Below are positions 17,139 through 26,548 of a stretch of 64,000 bases of DNA, in pieces; within the stretch, counting starts at the first letter, position 1, and each line of letters begins with the position of its first letter. This DNA is from a virus (lineage: Duplodnaviria > Caudoviricetes). A model generated the notes under the pieces. It was given only the letters and a program-made list of their open reading frames with translations, was not told where the DNA came from and made no database searches. Where the stretch lies: positions 1 through 64,000 of the IMG/VR virus record IMGVR_UViG_3300043432_000237; one strand, written 5' to 3'. The position numbers and the translations under genes were made by a program.

Positions 17139-17460
17139 GCCGCACGAGGCCGACACCGACGAGCTACTGGACACGCTGACCGGTGGCGTTGTTCAGCACG
17201 TCATCACAAACGAGGCCGTGGTCACTAACAGTGGCACGTCTAGCGTGGTGATCCGGTTGCGTTTGATCGGCGGCTCTATGCGCCAGGTGCAACGGGAGCT
17301 GTGGTATCTGAAGACCGCGGCGCGCGAGCGCGGGGGTGTCTTCGTGTGTGACGTGGAACCTGAAAAGGGAACCGCATCGATCCGTGTTCGTTTGAGCTTC
17401 TGGAATGTGGACAACTTCGTGCGAGCGAGAGAGATCCTGAATTCGTTGCTGGATGGTTGA
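17107..17460 (+). CDS. Hypothetical protein
   Basis: ORF filling the operon. Confidence 0.5.
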   Translation: MDFVDDDFPSEPHEADTDELLDTLTGGVVQHVITNEAVVTNSGTSSVVIRLRLIGGSMRQVQRELWYLKTAARERGGVFVCDVEPEKGTASIRVRLSFWNVDNFVRAREILNSLLDG

Positions 17461-17493
17461 CAGACGCGCAGCGCCTTTGTTAAAGGCTTGAAC

Positions 17494-17712
17494 ATGTTTG
17501 CCACAGCCAAAACCCCTCACCGTGGCAGATCGCCACAGCCCGCTTCGGAAAAACCTCAGCAAGTTCGTGAGCGGCGATTGGTGGTCGTGCTGGACAAGTC
17601 CGATGCCAAGGACATGGAGCGCATCGCCAAGCACGAGAAGCTCTCGAAGAGCGACTGCGTCAGGCGTCTCATCCGTGACCGAGCCCGCCAGCTCCCCACG
17701 CGGGTGGGCTGA
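17494..17712 (+). CDS. CopG/RHH-type DNA-binding protein
   Basis: RLVVVLDKSDAKDMERIAKHEKLSKSDCVRRLI; TTGACA upstream at 17457. Confidence 0.7.
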   Translation: MFATAKTPHRGRSPQPASEKPQQVRERRLVVVLDKSDAKDMERIAKHEKLSKSDCVRRLIRDRARQLPTRVG

Positions 17713-17716
17713 TGCG

Positions 17717-18505
17717 ATGGGATACCCAATCGAACCACTGCTCTGGGATGACGAGAAGTTCGTGGGTCGCAGTCGGCTGGGCAAGCTGCTCTGGCTGTAC
17801 CTGCTGACCGGACGGTGTCGCAGTCGGCTGCCAGGGCTGATCGCGACCGAGGTCTTCATCGTCGCGAGACGACTACGCGAGCCGCAGGCGGAAGTCGAGC
17901 TGGAGATGTCCCGGCTGATCGAGGACGGCATGGTCGAGCTGGACGAGCCCCTGCAGCTCATCCGGGTCAAGAACGCCCCCCGCTACGCCGGCATCTGCCC
18001 GAACCCGAACATTTTGCGCTCCTGGTACCGGATCTGGAAAGAGCTGCCCAAGAGTCGCCTGAAGTACGAGCACCTGGGCATCCTGCACCAGCACTGCGTG
18101 GCCGGGGCTCACGAGCAGGTGCGGGCGGAGTGGGGCCGGTCGTTCCAGAAAGACTGGGACACTTGGAACGGTTCCCTAAACGGTTTGGTAAACGGTTCCG
18201 GTAACGGTTTACCAAACGGTTTAAACGGTTCCGGTAACGGTTCCCTAAACGGTTTGGGTAACCGTTCCTCCGATCTGGATCAGGATCAGGAACAGGATCA
18301 GGATCTGGATCCAACCGTTTCGGAAACGGTTTCGGTAACGGTTCCCGAAACCGTTTCGGCAAGACCACAGCGTTCGCACACACACACTAAAAGTTCCTCT
18401 ATTTCCCAGAGGATACCAGCAGCGCCAGCCTCTCCGGGCAGGGTGGCGACCATCGCCGAGCTGCGTCGCAACCGAAATTCCAGTCAGGTCGAAAAGAAGG
18501 GGTAG
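17717..18505 (+). CDS. Phage replication initiator (lambda O-like) containing the origin repeats
   Basis: N-terminal LWDDEKF..KLLWLYLLT..wHTH-like region; NGS/NGL and DQ repeats encoded by iterons; directly upstream of dnaC and dnaB. Confidence 0.75.
   Translation: MGYPIEPLLWDDEKFVGRSRLGKLLWLYLLTGRCRSRLPGLIATEVFIVARRLREPQAEVELEMSRLIEDGMVELDEPLQLIRVKNAPRYAGICPNPNILRSWYRIWKELPKSRLKYEHLGILHQHCVAGAHEQVRAEWGRSFQKDWDTWNGSLNGLVNGSGNGLPNGLNGSGNGSLNGLGNRSSDLDQDQEQDQDLDPTVSETVSVTVPETVSARPQRSHTHTKSSSISQRIPAAPASPGRVATIAELRRNRNSSQVEKKG
18167..18355. repeat. Putative replication origin: 13 AAC(G/C)GTT iterons plus a GATC cluster
   Basis: Heptamers at 18167,18179,18191,18203,18215,18224,18236,18248,18260 and 18313,18325,18337,18349; GATC at 18272,18278,18284,18296,18302,18308. 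Confidence 0.85.
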
Positions 18506-18508
18506 GGC

Positions 18509-19387
18509 ATGGAGCCGGTCGGAGAGGGAGACGCCGCCGACGCCCTCCGGGGCGCCCTGGCGAGCGGCCGGGCTGCGCTGGAGGTCGCCATCGAGGCGGC
18601 CGGTGGCGTCGCGGCCTGGTGGCACCAGCAGGGCCTGGGCGAGCCTCCGGCGACGCTCACGGTCGAGCAGGTGCTGGCGGACACCTGGGGCTTCTGGGAC
18701 TGGGCAGCGGAGCGCGAGCGGCTGTGCGCGCGATGCCCCCCGCATGGCGGCGCCTGCGCCGGCCCGGTCGAGCTGTTCCGGGGGCGGCGCCTGGGCCTGC
18801 ACCCGACGGGGGACCACTACGTCGCCGCCAAGTGTCCGCGCTGGGTCGAGTGGGTGCTGCGGGACTGGTTGCGCCGCTCGGGCGTCGAGCCGCGCAACGT
18901 CGGCTACTCGCTCGATGACTTTGAGACCACCGAGCAGACCTTGCTCGCGCTGGACACGTTCGTCGAAACCGTCTGCGCCAATAACGACGCCTGGCTGATC
19001 GTCTCCGGTGCACCAGGTACCGGCAAGACGCACCTGGCCGTCGGACTGCTGCGCGAGATCAAGCGCCGCCAGCGCTCGCGCGAGTGCTGGTACAGCAACA
19101 TGCTCAGCTTGCCGCGTGAGCTGAAAGACTTTTACGCGGACAAGAGCGACGCCGAAGATCCGCTGGAGCGCTTGCGCTCGACGCCGGTGCTGTTCCTGGA
19201 CAACCTGCCGACGCGGCTACCGTCTTGGTTGCACGCTGCGTTCGAGGAAGCGCTGTCGGTGCGCTGGCAGTTTCAACGCCCGACGGTCATCACTTCGCAC
19301 AACACGTTCGAGCAGGTCACCACCAGCTTGGGCGCGCTCACGGGACTGTCCACCTCAGCGGTTTCGATCACGTTGGGTGAGCCGTGA
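18509..19387 (+). CDS. dnaC: DnaC/IstB-like AAA+ helicase loader
   Basis: SGAPGTGKTHLA, VLFLDNL, RPTVITS. Confidence 0.85.
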   Translation: MEPVGEGDAADALRGALASGRAALEVAIEAAGGVAAWWHQQGLGEPPATLTVEQVLADTWGFWDWAAERERLCARCPPHGGACAGPVELFRGRRLGLHPTGDHYVAAKCPRWVEWVLRDWLRRSGVEPRNVGYSLDDFETTEQTLLALDTFVETVCANNDAWLIVSGAPGTGKTHLAVGLLREIKRRQRSRECWYSNMLSLPRELKDFYADKSDAEDPLERLRSTPVLFLDNLPTRLPSWLHAAFEEALSVRWQFQRPTVITSHNTFEQVTTSLGALTGLSTSAVSITLGEP

Positions 19388-20844
19388 CGCAACCTCACCG
19401 GCAAACGGAGCGGCCCACTGCTCAGGCGCGCGGCAACCTGATGCCGCCGCATGACCTGGATGCCGAGGGCATCGTACTCGGTCACCTGTTCGAGCATCCC
19501 GAGCAGCTGGAGAAGGTCGCTTTCCTCAAGCCCGAACACTTCTACGCGCAGGCCAACACGCTGGTGTACCGAGCCATGCTCGACCTCAGCGAACTCGGCA
19601 CCGAGGTGGATGTCGTTGCGGTCGCCACGCGCCTGCGCGCCCAGTCCGAGCTGGAGCGCGTCGGTGGCACGCCCTATTTGCACAAGCTGGCCTTCGAGCA
19701 GCCCGCGTGCGTGCGTCCCGAGCAGCACGCCATGGTCGTTTTCGAGCGATGGCGTTTGCGTCAGGTCATCGCGTACTCCCAGCAAGCGGCTGCTGTGGGA
19801 TTCCAGACCCCCGAGGATGTGCAAGCGTTCATCGAGCAGCACGAGAACGCCATCGCCGAGCTGGCCTACCAGAACCGCCGTCGTGGCTTGGAGCTGGCGG
19901 CCGACATTCTCGCCAAGCAGCTCGAAGTCATCCAGGACGCACACGAGCGCGGCGGTAGCGCCAGCGGCACAGCGACCGGCTTCAAGGATCTCGATAACCT
20001 GACCGGTGGCTGGTACGGCGGCGACCTGACCATTCTCGCGGCGCGCCCCGGCATGGGCAAGACCACGCTGGCCCTGACGTTGATCAATCACGTGGCTCGC
20101 CCGCGCGAGGAACCAGAGGACCAGGACGCTGCGGCGCTGTTCTCGCTGGAGATGCCCAGCGACCAGCTGGTGGTTCGGATTGCCTGCGCGCGCGCTGACG
20201 TGCCGTACACGGCCGTGCGCCGCAACGTGCTCACCAAGGAGCACATTCAGCGTCTGCTGGAGGCGCACGAGTACCTCAAGCGCGTGCCGCTCTGGATCGA
20301 TGACACACCCTCGCTGTCCATTGCGGAGCTGCGCGCCCGCGTGCGCAAGCTACGGCGCGAGGTCGAGCAGGGAACGTCCAAGGTGGCTGCCAAGCGCCTG
20401 GGTCTGGTGGCGATCGACTACCTGCAGCTCATGACGGGTATCCGCCAGCGCGGCGACTCGCGCGAACAAGAGGTCAGCTCCATCAGCCAGGCGCTCAAGA
20501 ACCTCGCTAAGCAAGAGGCGGTGCCCGTGCTGGCACTCAGTCAGCTCAACCGCGGCTTGGAAGCCAAGTCCGGGCGCAAGGACAAGCGCCCTCAGCTCCA
20601 CGACCTGCGCGAGTCGGGCGCCATCGAGCAGGACGCGGACAACATCTGGTTCGTGTTCCGGGAGGGCTACTACGACGACGCGAAGGACAAGAACGACACC
20701 GAAGTGATCGTGGCCAAGCAGCGCTCGGGCCCCATCGGATCCGTGTTTCTGATCATGGACGCGGCCCGCGCTCGCTTCCGCGCGAAGGTCAAAGATGGCG
20801 ACGTGGACCCAGACCAGTACGACGGCGACTACGAAGACAGGTGA
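19384..20844 (+). CDS. dnaB: Replicative DNA helicase DnaB
   Basis: PPHDLDAE, AARPGMGKT, FSLEM, IDYLQLM, LSQLNR, DLRESGAIEQDAD, KQRSGP. Confidence 0.97.
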   Translation: MTQPHRQTERPTAQARGNLMPPHDLDAEGIVLGHLFEHPEQLEKVAFLKPEHFYAQANTLVYRAMLDLSELGTEVDVVAVATRLRAQSELERVGGTPYLHKLAFEQPACVRPEQHAMVVFERWRLRQVIAYSQQAAAVGFQTPEDVQAFIEQHENAIAELAYQNRRRGLELAADILAKQLEVIQDAHERGGSASGTATGFKDLDNLTGGWYGGDLTILAARPGMGKTTLALTLINHVARPREEPEDQDAAALFSLEMPSDQLVVRIACARADVPYTAVRRNVLTKEHIQRLLEAHEYLKRVPLWIDDTPSLSIAELRARVRKLRREVEQGTSKVAAKRLGLVAIDYLQLMTGIRQRGDSREQEVSSISQALKNLAKQEAVPVLALSQLNRGLEAKSGRKDKRPQLHDLRESGAIEQDADNIWFVFREGYYDDAKDKNDTEVIVAKQRSGPIGSVFLIMDAARARFRAKVKDGDVDPDQYDGDYEDR

Positions 20845-20847
20845 GAG

Positions 20848-21015
20848 ATGTATCGGTGGCGAATGATTCATGCGGTGCTTCCTCAAAACAAGCGGGACCA
20901 GGTCGTCACTGGGTACTCGGAGGTCGACGCCAGGTCCGCGCTAGAGGCGATCGAGAAGTGGCAGTCGCTCAAGCAGCCGAGTTGGCATCTGGTTGACATG
21001 GAGGTCGCGTGCTGA
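20848..21015 (+). CDS. Small hypothetical protein (55 aa, missing from the ORF track)
   Basis: Hand-translated MYRWRMIHAVLPQNK...; fills the gap between dnaB and the SGNH gene. Confidence 0.4.
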   Translation: MYRWRMIHAVLPQNKRDQVVTGYSEVDARSALEAIEKWQSLKQPSWHLVDMEVAC

Positions 21016-21554
21016 GCCGCCGAGCGTTCCTGTTGGCCAGCTTGTCGGCTGCGGTAGTCGACGCCGCTCCGCCCCCGCGCACAGCCGTGCTGCTGCTGGG
21101 CGACTCGTTGGCCTTTCAGCTGGGGCCCCCGCTGTGGCGCCAAGCGCGCGAGGTCAAGCAGCGCGTGCACGTACGCGCGCACGGCGGCAGCAGCGCCCGC
21201 CAGTGGATCCAGCGCCGGTGGGTATCTCGGGCGGCGTCGTCGGTGCGAGCTGAGCGCGTGCTGGTCAGCCTGGGCGTGAACTGCACGCGCTCCGAGCGTC
21301 CGCGCTTGGCGCAGGACATTGCGACCATCGTCGACATCATCGCCGATCTGGGCGCTCCCACCCTGTGGCTGTTGCCGCCACCGCTGCGCTTCTCGACCGA
21401 GTACCTGGTGCAGGCCGTCAGTGAGGCCGGCGTCCCGAGCTTCGCACCAGGCCCGCTTCCGATGGAAAGCGATGGCGTGCACCCAACCTATCGCGGCCAG
21501 CAACGCTGGGCGCAGCTGCTGGTAGCTCACCTCTGGGGAAGGAACGAACAATGA
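21009..21554 (+). CDS. SGNH/GDSL hydrolase with Tat-like signal peptide
   Basis: SRRAFL signal; LLGDSL, SLGVN, DGVHP. Confidence 0.8.
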   Translation: MLSRRAFLLASLSAAVVDAAPPPRTAVLLLGDSLAFQLGPPLWRQAREVKQRVHVRAHGGSSARQWIQRRWVSRAASSVRAERVLVSLGVNCTRSERPRLAQDIATIVDIIADLGAPTLWLLPPPLRFSTEYLVQAVSEAGVPSFAPGPLPMESDGVHPTYRGQQRWAQLLVAHLWGRNEQ

Positions 21555-22135
21555 TCAAGAAACTGTTTGCTGACGAACGCACGACCACGCACAACCTGAC
21601 CTACTACGGCGTCAAGTTCTATCCGCTGGAGCCCCGCGCCAGTGACGTGTTGATCGAAGACATCGCCCATCACCTGAGCCTGCTCTGCAGGTTCACGGGC
21701 GGCATTCGCTGTCTGTACTCGGTGGCGGAGCACTCGGTGCGCGTGGCGCAGTTCGTCGCCAGCGTGCAGCCTGAGCACGCGCTGTGGGCGCTGCTGCACG
21801 ACGCTTCCGAGGCCTACACGAACGATCTCGCTCGACCGCTCAAGCACACCAAGCACCTGGCTCCGTTCCGAGACATCGAGCGCAAGATCATGCTGGCGGT
21901 GCTGGAGCGGTTCAACCTGCCCCAGGTCGAGCCGGCCATCGTGCGCGAAGTCGATCGGCGCATCTGCCTGACCGAGGCGGCGCAGCTGCGCGATCACGGC
22001 AAAGAGCACTGGGGCGCCATGATGGAGCACGCGGAGGGATGGACGCCGCTGCCCATCACGATCGATCCCTGGACTCAGGACGTGGCCAAGCGGAGATTTT
22101 TGCAAGCCTTCCAGCTCTACGGAGGTCGCCTGTGA
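21551..22135 (+). CDS. HD-domain 5'-deoxynucleotidase (YfbR/YfdR-like)
   Basis: IEDIAHHLS..CRFTG..YSVAEHSV...ALLHDASEAY.ND. Confidence 0.88.
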   Translation: MIKKLFADERTTTHNLTYYGVKFYPLEPRASDVLIEDIAHHLSLLCRFTGGIRCLYSVAEHSVRVAQFVASVQPEHALWALLHDASEAYTNDLARPLKHTKHLAPFRDIERKIMLAVLERFNLPQVEPAIVREVDRRICLTEAAQLRDHGKEHWGAMMEHAEGWTPLPITIDPWTQDVAKRRFLQAFQLYGGRL

Positions 22136-22503
22136 ACATCCGGGTGTACTTGGTGCTCTCCCCGGAGTACCCAGACCGCGTCATGGTTTCGTCGCACATG
22201 CCCAGCGCCGCACGCGCCCGAGCGTTGCGCGAGCAGGGCTGCGAGGTGCACGTGGCTGACGTGCACATCCAGACCGACATGGAAAGTCACTGGCGTCCAG
22301 CCAAGGCTTCAGTGACCAAGGTGCTGCCGGACTACCACGGCCAACGGGTGAGGGGCCCCAGGACAGCTGGCGTCGCCAGTTGCCCCAACGACCGCCAGGT
22401 GCAGGTCGAGTGGACCGACGGCTCGGTGGGTACGTTCGATCGAGATCGGTTCGAGCAGATGCTGACAAGCGGGGCACTGGTGCCCGTCGTGGAGGAGTCA
22501 TGA
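22132..22503 (+). CDS. Hypothetical protein
   Basis: GTG start with GGAGG SD. Confidence 0.5.
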   Translation: MNIRVYLVLSPEYPDRVMVSSHMPSAARARALREQGCEVHVADVHIQTDMESHWRPAKASVTKVLPDYHGQRVRGPRTAGVASCPNDRQVQVEWTDGSVGTFDRDRFEQMLTSGALVPVVEES

Positions 22504-22775
22504 AGAAGAAGGCCGTCAACCGTCGCCTGCAGGCGCAGCTCAGCAAGGCCAGCGCGAAGTGGAACTCCGCAGATCCCTATCCGCGCCACAAGCAGCCCTG
22601 GACCTCGCGCGAGGACAAGCTGCTGCTCAAGCTGATGGGCCGCACAGCTCGGCCCAAGAGCCAGGACCCAACGGAGCTGTACGACATTGCGGTGCGCGTG
22701 GGCCGCACGCCCATGGCCATCGCGAAGCGCCACCAGTTGCTTTGCCTCGCCATCAGCTACGGAGCGCCGCTGTGA
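22500..22775 (+). CDS. Small SANT/Myb-like helical protein
   Basis: PWTSREDKLLL...IAVRVGRTPMAI.KR. Confidence 0.55.
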   Translation: MKKKAVNRRLQAQLSKASAKWNSADPYPRHKQPWTSREDKLLLKLMGRTARPKSQDPTELYDIAVRVGRTPMAIAKRHQLLCLAISYGAPL

Positions 22776-23215
22776 GCGAGGTCGAGCGAACGCTGGATGC
22801 GCTGTCTGGCTACCGGACTGAGCCCTACCGATCTCCGTCTGGTCAGCGCTCGCCTCCGTTGCAAGTGGTCACCAGAACAGATTTGCAATCCGGCGAGCAC
22901 TACGACCTGCAGATTGGTCCAGTGATCGTCGCGACGTTTTACGATCTGTATTTGGCCAACGCGGTAGCTGCCGCGATCGACAGCAACCTGCCTTCCCACC
23001 CCACTTCTGTCGAGTGCGCGCTACATACGGCCGTCAAGAACTTGCTGAATGCGCAGGCCATGAAGTTCCTCCTGGTGGAGGTGCTGCGCAATGCTCGGCA
23101 GCAGTACGAGCAGCGCTCGACAGACCCTTTGGAGGGCAACATCTTCGGGTGCAGAAAGATCGCGGCGGTGCTGGCGGAAGAGCTGACCGCACTGGGACAC
23201 CAGGAGGTCCGATGA
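22772..23215 (+). CDS. Hypothetical protein
   Basis: Coupled ORF. Confidence 0.45.
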   Translation: MSEVERTLDALSGYRTEPYRSPSGQRSPPLQVVTRTDLQSGEHYDLQIGPVIVATFYDLYLANAVAAAIDSNLPSHPTSVECALHTAVKNLLNAQAMKFLLVEVLRNARQQYEQRSTDPLEGNIFGCRKIAAVLAEELTALGHQEVR

Positions 23216-23784
23216 CCACGCGCTTCTATCTCGACACGGAGTTCATCGAGGACGGCAAGACCATCGAGCTGATCTCGATTGGGATGGTCAGCTCCGAGGG
23301 TCACGAGTACTACGCGATCAATCGCGACTGCCACTTCGAGCGCGCCGACGAGTGGGTGCGCACGAACGTCCTAGCCAAGCTACCCTGGCCTTGGCCCATG
23401 GCGACCCAGCACGACTTCCGCGGGTCCGCCATGCCTGTGTTGCGCGAGCATTTGGATACGCCGCCCTGGTCGCCTCTGAGCGCCATCAAGCCTGAGCTGT
23501 TAGCGTTCATTCGGCAGCACCCGCCCCCCTACGAGTTCTGGGCGTACTTCGCGGACTACGACTGGGTGGTGTTTTGCCAGCTGTTCGGTCGCATGATCGA
23601 TCTGCCTGACGGCTTTCCGATGTTCTGCTGCGACCTCAAGCAGGAGATGAAACGTCAGGGCATTCGACGCGAAGAGCTGCCGCCCATTGCCAACGAGCAC
23701 GACGCGCTGTCGGACGCGCGCTGGGTCAAGCGCTGCTTCGAGGGCGGCGTAGGTCACGAGTGGATGAAGGGACAATCAAGATGA
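23212..23784 (+). CDS. DEDDh 3'-5' exo(ribo)nuclease (Rv2179c-like)
   Basis: FYLDTEF..LISIG..ADYDWV..EHDALSDARW. Confidence 0.85.
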   Translation: MTTRFYLDTEFIEDGKTIELISIGMVSSEGHEYYAINRDCHFERADEWVRTNVLAKLPWPWPMATQHDFRGSAMPVLREHLDTPPWSPLSAIKPELLAFIRQHPPPYEFWAYFADYDWVVFCQLFGRMIDLPDGFPMFCCDLKQEMKRQGIRREELPPIANEHDALSDARWVKRCFEGGVGHEWMKGQSR

Positions 23785-24398
23785 GACTGAACGAGCTGAG
23801 AGACACGAGCTACGAAATCGCCAAGAGCAAAGGCTGGCACGACCCGGAGTTCGACACCGCGACATTTGCGGATCGGATGGCGCTGGTGATCAGCGAGCTG
23901 GCCGAGGCGCTGGAGTCACACCGGGTCGATGCGGACTTGCTTTACTTCACCGGCGTCGCGTCCGCCGCCGTTCCGGAGACTCACGCGGCCCGCTTGGAAA
24001 TGGCGGAGCGCGGAGCGAAACCAGAGGGCACGCTCATCGAGCTAATCGACGCACTGATTCGCATCGGGGACTGCGCCGGCCGACACGAGATCGATCTAGA
24101 GGCCGAGGACGGTAACCCGCTCTTGGTGGAGCGGCTTCCCGTGCCCACCGACAACGGACCGCCCGTGCCCACGTTCGGATCCTGGATGTGCGCGGTCAGT
24201 CACTCGCTCGCGCTCGCTGCGATGTACCCCGATGACGCACCGTCTGGTCAGCGCTTCTTCCTGGTTAGCGCAACCAGGCAGATCGGTTACATGCTGCACT
24301 GGTTGGGGATCTCTGGCGACGAGGTCGTGCGCGCGATCGAGATCAAGCACGCCTACAACCGAACGCGATCGTTCCGCCACGGAGGCAAGAAGCTGTGA
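23781..24398 (+). CDS. MazG-like nucleotide pyrophosphohydrolase
   Basis: KGWH..MALVISELAEALE..ELIDALIRIGD..K.AYNRTRSFRHGGK. Confidence 0.8.
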   Translation: MRLNELRDTSYEIAKSKGWHDPEFDTATFADRMALVISELAEALESHRVDADLLYFTGVASAAVPETHAARLEMAERGAKPEGTLIELIDALIRIGDCAGRHEIDLEAEDGNPLLVERLPVPTDNGPPVPTFGSWMCAVSHSLALAAMYPDDAPSGQRFFLVSATRQIGYMLHWLGISGDEVVRAIEIKHAYNRTRSFRHGGKKL

Positions 24399-24688
24399 CG
24401 CAAGACGGGCAAGAGGAGAAGTTCAACCCAGAGGACGACCGGAACGCATCGAATGTTCTGGTGCGTGCCGGATACCTGCGCGCCATGGCGATGAAGGCTC
24501 CGGCGAAGAGCGACGACCGGCTGTTCTTGCTTCAGGCTGCGCGTTCCCTGATGGCCTACGCTGCCAGCTTGCGTGGGGTTGCTGGCAACGGGTGGGACAA
24601 CGCGCACGTTGGCGCTTTCGCTTTTCAGACCGAGGACGAGGACCCGTTGACAGACGACGAGCTGCTGGAGAAGCAGAATGCACGTTGA
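24395..24688 (+). CDS. Hypothetical protein
   Basis: Coupled ORF. Confidence 0.45.
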   Translation: MTQDGQEEKFNPEDDRNASNVLVRAGYLRAMAMKAPAKSDDRLFLLQAARSLMAYAASLRGVAGNGWDNAHVGAFAFQTEDEDPLTDDELLEKQNAR

Positions 24689-24950
24689 CGACTTCATCGA
24701 CGACTACAAGGGCGACGCCTACGCGCGCTGGATGTTCATGCACTTTCGGTTGCCGGCGACGCTACAGGTGGCGTTCCGTCCCTTCATCGCGGACCGGAAG
24801 TTGTTCTGCACGCACGGCGACCAGCGCTTCCGAGTGACCGGCGCGTCACGCCTTGGCGACGTCTGGCTCACCAGCAAGCACGATCAGGACACGGGATACG
24901 AAAAGAGGGTGGACCTGGAAGAGTGCACGGACTGGGGGCCGCAGCCCTAA
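24678..24950 (+). CDS. Phage hypothetical protein
   Basis: RVTGASRLGDVWL..GYEKRV motif. Confidence 0.6.
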   Translation: MHVDDFIDDYKGDAYARWMFMHFRLPATLQVAFRPFIADRKLFCTHGDQRFRVTGASRLGDVWLTSKHDQDTGYEKRVDLEECTDWGPQP

Positions 24951-25001
24951 GGGGCCTGGAAACTGGACTGCTCGGCAGCGGCAGACGTACTCTTGGGGCC
25001 C

Positions 25002-25139
25002 ATGAGCTACCACCTCGCTGCACGCCGCCCGATCGGCGCCGTCGACACTGGCAACGCTGTGCTGTACGTCGGCGTCGTGGCCCTGCTGGGCCTGCTCGCG
25101 CTGGCCTTCGGCGGCGGCCAGCAGCGGCGGCGCGCCTGA
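25002..25139 (+). CDS. 45-aa single-TM membrane peptide (missing from the ORF track)
   Basis: MSYHLAARRPIGAVDTGNAVLYVGVVALLGLLALAFGGGQQRRRA; same MSY start and TM-basic tail as the structural membrane proteins. Confidence 0.65.
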   Translation: MSYHLAARRPIGAVDTGNAVLYVGVVALLGLLALAFGGGQQRRRA

Positions 25140-25185
25140 GCCGAGATTTGACTCTCGACGCGACTCAGGGGTAGACCACCCTCCC

Positions 25186-25509
25186 ATGAACCTCATCCGC
25201 CTGTTCATGGTGCTGCTGGTGTCTGTCTTCTGCCTGGGCGCGTCGTGCTCCGACGTCAAGCCAGTGCTGCCGCGCGCGCTCGATGTCGCCGAGCAGCTCT
25301 GTCTGTTGCTCAGCGCTGAGCAGAAGCCCGGACTGAGTCCGCGCGAGGTCGCCGAGCAGCTCTGCAAGACCGAAGCTCAGCTCCGCCCGTTTCTGGACTA
25401 CGTGCTGCGCGCGAAGCAGCTGGGCGTGAGCACGGCCGAGCCGGCTACCACGGTGACGGTGACGGTGGTCAGCCCGGACGCGGCAGTGCTGGACGGTCCG
25501 GCAGAATGA
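25186..25509 (+). CDS. Putative lipoprotein
   Basis: Hydrophobic signal ending LGASC. Confidence 0.6.
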   Translation: MNLIRLFMVLLVSVFCLGASCSDVKPVLPRALDVAEQLCLLLSAEQKPGLSPREVAEQLCKTEAQLRPFLDYVLRAKQLGVSTAEPATTVTVTVVSPDAAVLDGPAE

Positions 25510-26285
25510 TCTCGACGCTCGTGCGCGGCGCGCTGGGGCGCCGCGGAACCGGGTACCGTTTCCCGACCTACCCGTCCGCGCGGGAGACGCCAGACTTCGC
25601 CAAGCTCGGGTTGCCCTCGCGCGAGTTGCCCGAGAGCTTCTCGTTGCGCGAGTACGTCGTGGAGGTGTTGGACCAGGGCCCGACCAATTCGTGCGTCGCC
25701 CAGGCCATCGCCCAGGCCATGCGCATCCAGCGCGCCTTCCGCGATGAGCCCGCCCCGCTCTACTCGCCGCTCTTCTTCTACTTCAACGGCCGCGCGCGCA
25801 CCGGCGACGAGCGCTTCGATGACGGCACCTACGTGGCCTCGACGTTCGACGGCATCCTCGACAAGGGGATGACCGAAGAGAAGTACTGGCCGTTCAACAG
25901 CTGGAAGGTCAACCGTCGACCCAGCTGGAACGCCTATCGCATGGCCGCCGACAGCTCGCAGATCAAGGGCTGGTACCGCGTGTACGACGACGACGCAGAC
26001 GCCTTGCTGCTCGCGATCAAGTCGGCCGTGCATGCAGGTCGTCCGGTCGTGGCGGGCTGGCGCGTGAACAAGACTTTCCTCGACGATCGCGGCCCTGCCG
26101 TCGTCGAGAATCCCAGCGGATCGATGGCCGGTGGTCACGCAATGGTCGTGACCGGCTGGGATGGCGACAACATCGAAGTGCTGTCATCGTGGAGTTCAAG
26201 ATGGAGAGACGGCGGATACGTTTTGCTCAGTCCCGACTACGCGGCGCGCTGCACCGAGGCTACGGTGCTGGACTTGCGATCCTGA
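25506..26285 (+). CDS. Papain-like cysteine peptidase (C1A family)
   Basis: DQGPTNSCVAQA, GGHAMVVTGW, SSW in place of NSW, W..GGY. Confidence 0.88.
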   Translation: MISTLVRGALGRRGTGYRFPTYPSARETPDFAKLGLPSRELPESFSLREYVVEVLDQGPTNSCVAQAIAQAMRIQRAFRDEPAPLYSPLFFYFNGRARTGDERFDDGTYVASTFDGILDKGMTEEKYWPFNSWKVNRRPSWNAYRMAADSSQIKGWYRVYDDDADALLLAIKSAVHAGRPVVAGWRVNKTFLDDRGPAVVENPSGSMAGGHAMVVTGWDGDNIEVLSSWSSRWRDGGYVLLSPDYAARCTEATVLDLRS

Positions 26286-26548
26286 TCACGCTGGGCTGCG
26301 ATCCGGCGGCGTACCCGGAGCGGCCCAGGCCCGTGGATGCTGGCACTCCAGCGGATTGCGCAGCAGCGTGCTCTCACCTGCAGCAGCTGGGCTGCGAAGA
26401 GGCCAAGCCCACCCCGAAGGGCAAGACGTGCGTGCGCGTGTGTGAGGACGTCGAGGCGAGTGGCGACGTGACGCTGATGCCTGCGTGCGTGGTCAAGATC
26501 GAGCGCTGCGAAGACATCGAGCAGTGCTCCTATGGTCGTGACCCGTGA
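26201..26548 (+). CDS. Cys-rich putative lipoprotein (start uncertain)
   Basis: LAILITLGC lipobox; CAAAC..GC..CVRVC..C..C..C. Confidence 0.5.
   Translation: MERRRIRFAQSRLRGALHRGYGAGLAILITLGCDPAAYPERPRPVDAGTPADCAAACSHLQQLGCEEAKPTPKGKTCVRVCEDVEASGDVTLMPACVVKIERCEDIEQCSYGRDP

Noticed and set aside
18167-18355. Short regular repeats as a possible CRISPR array
   Set aside because: 7-bp units at 12-bp period with no unique 30-40-nt spacers and no cas genes; fits iterons
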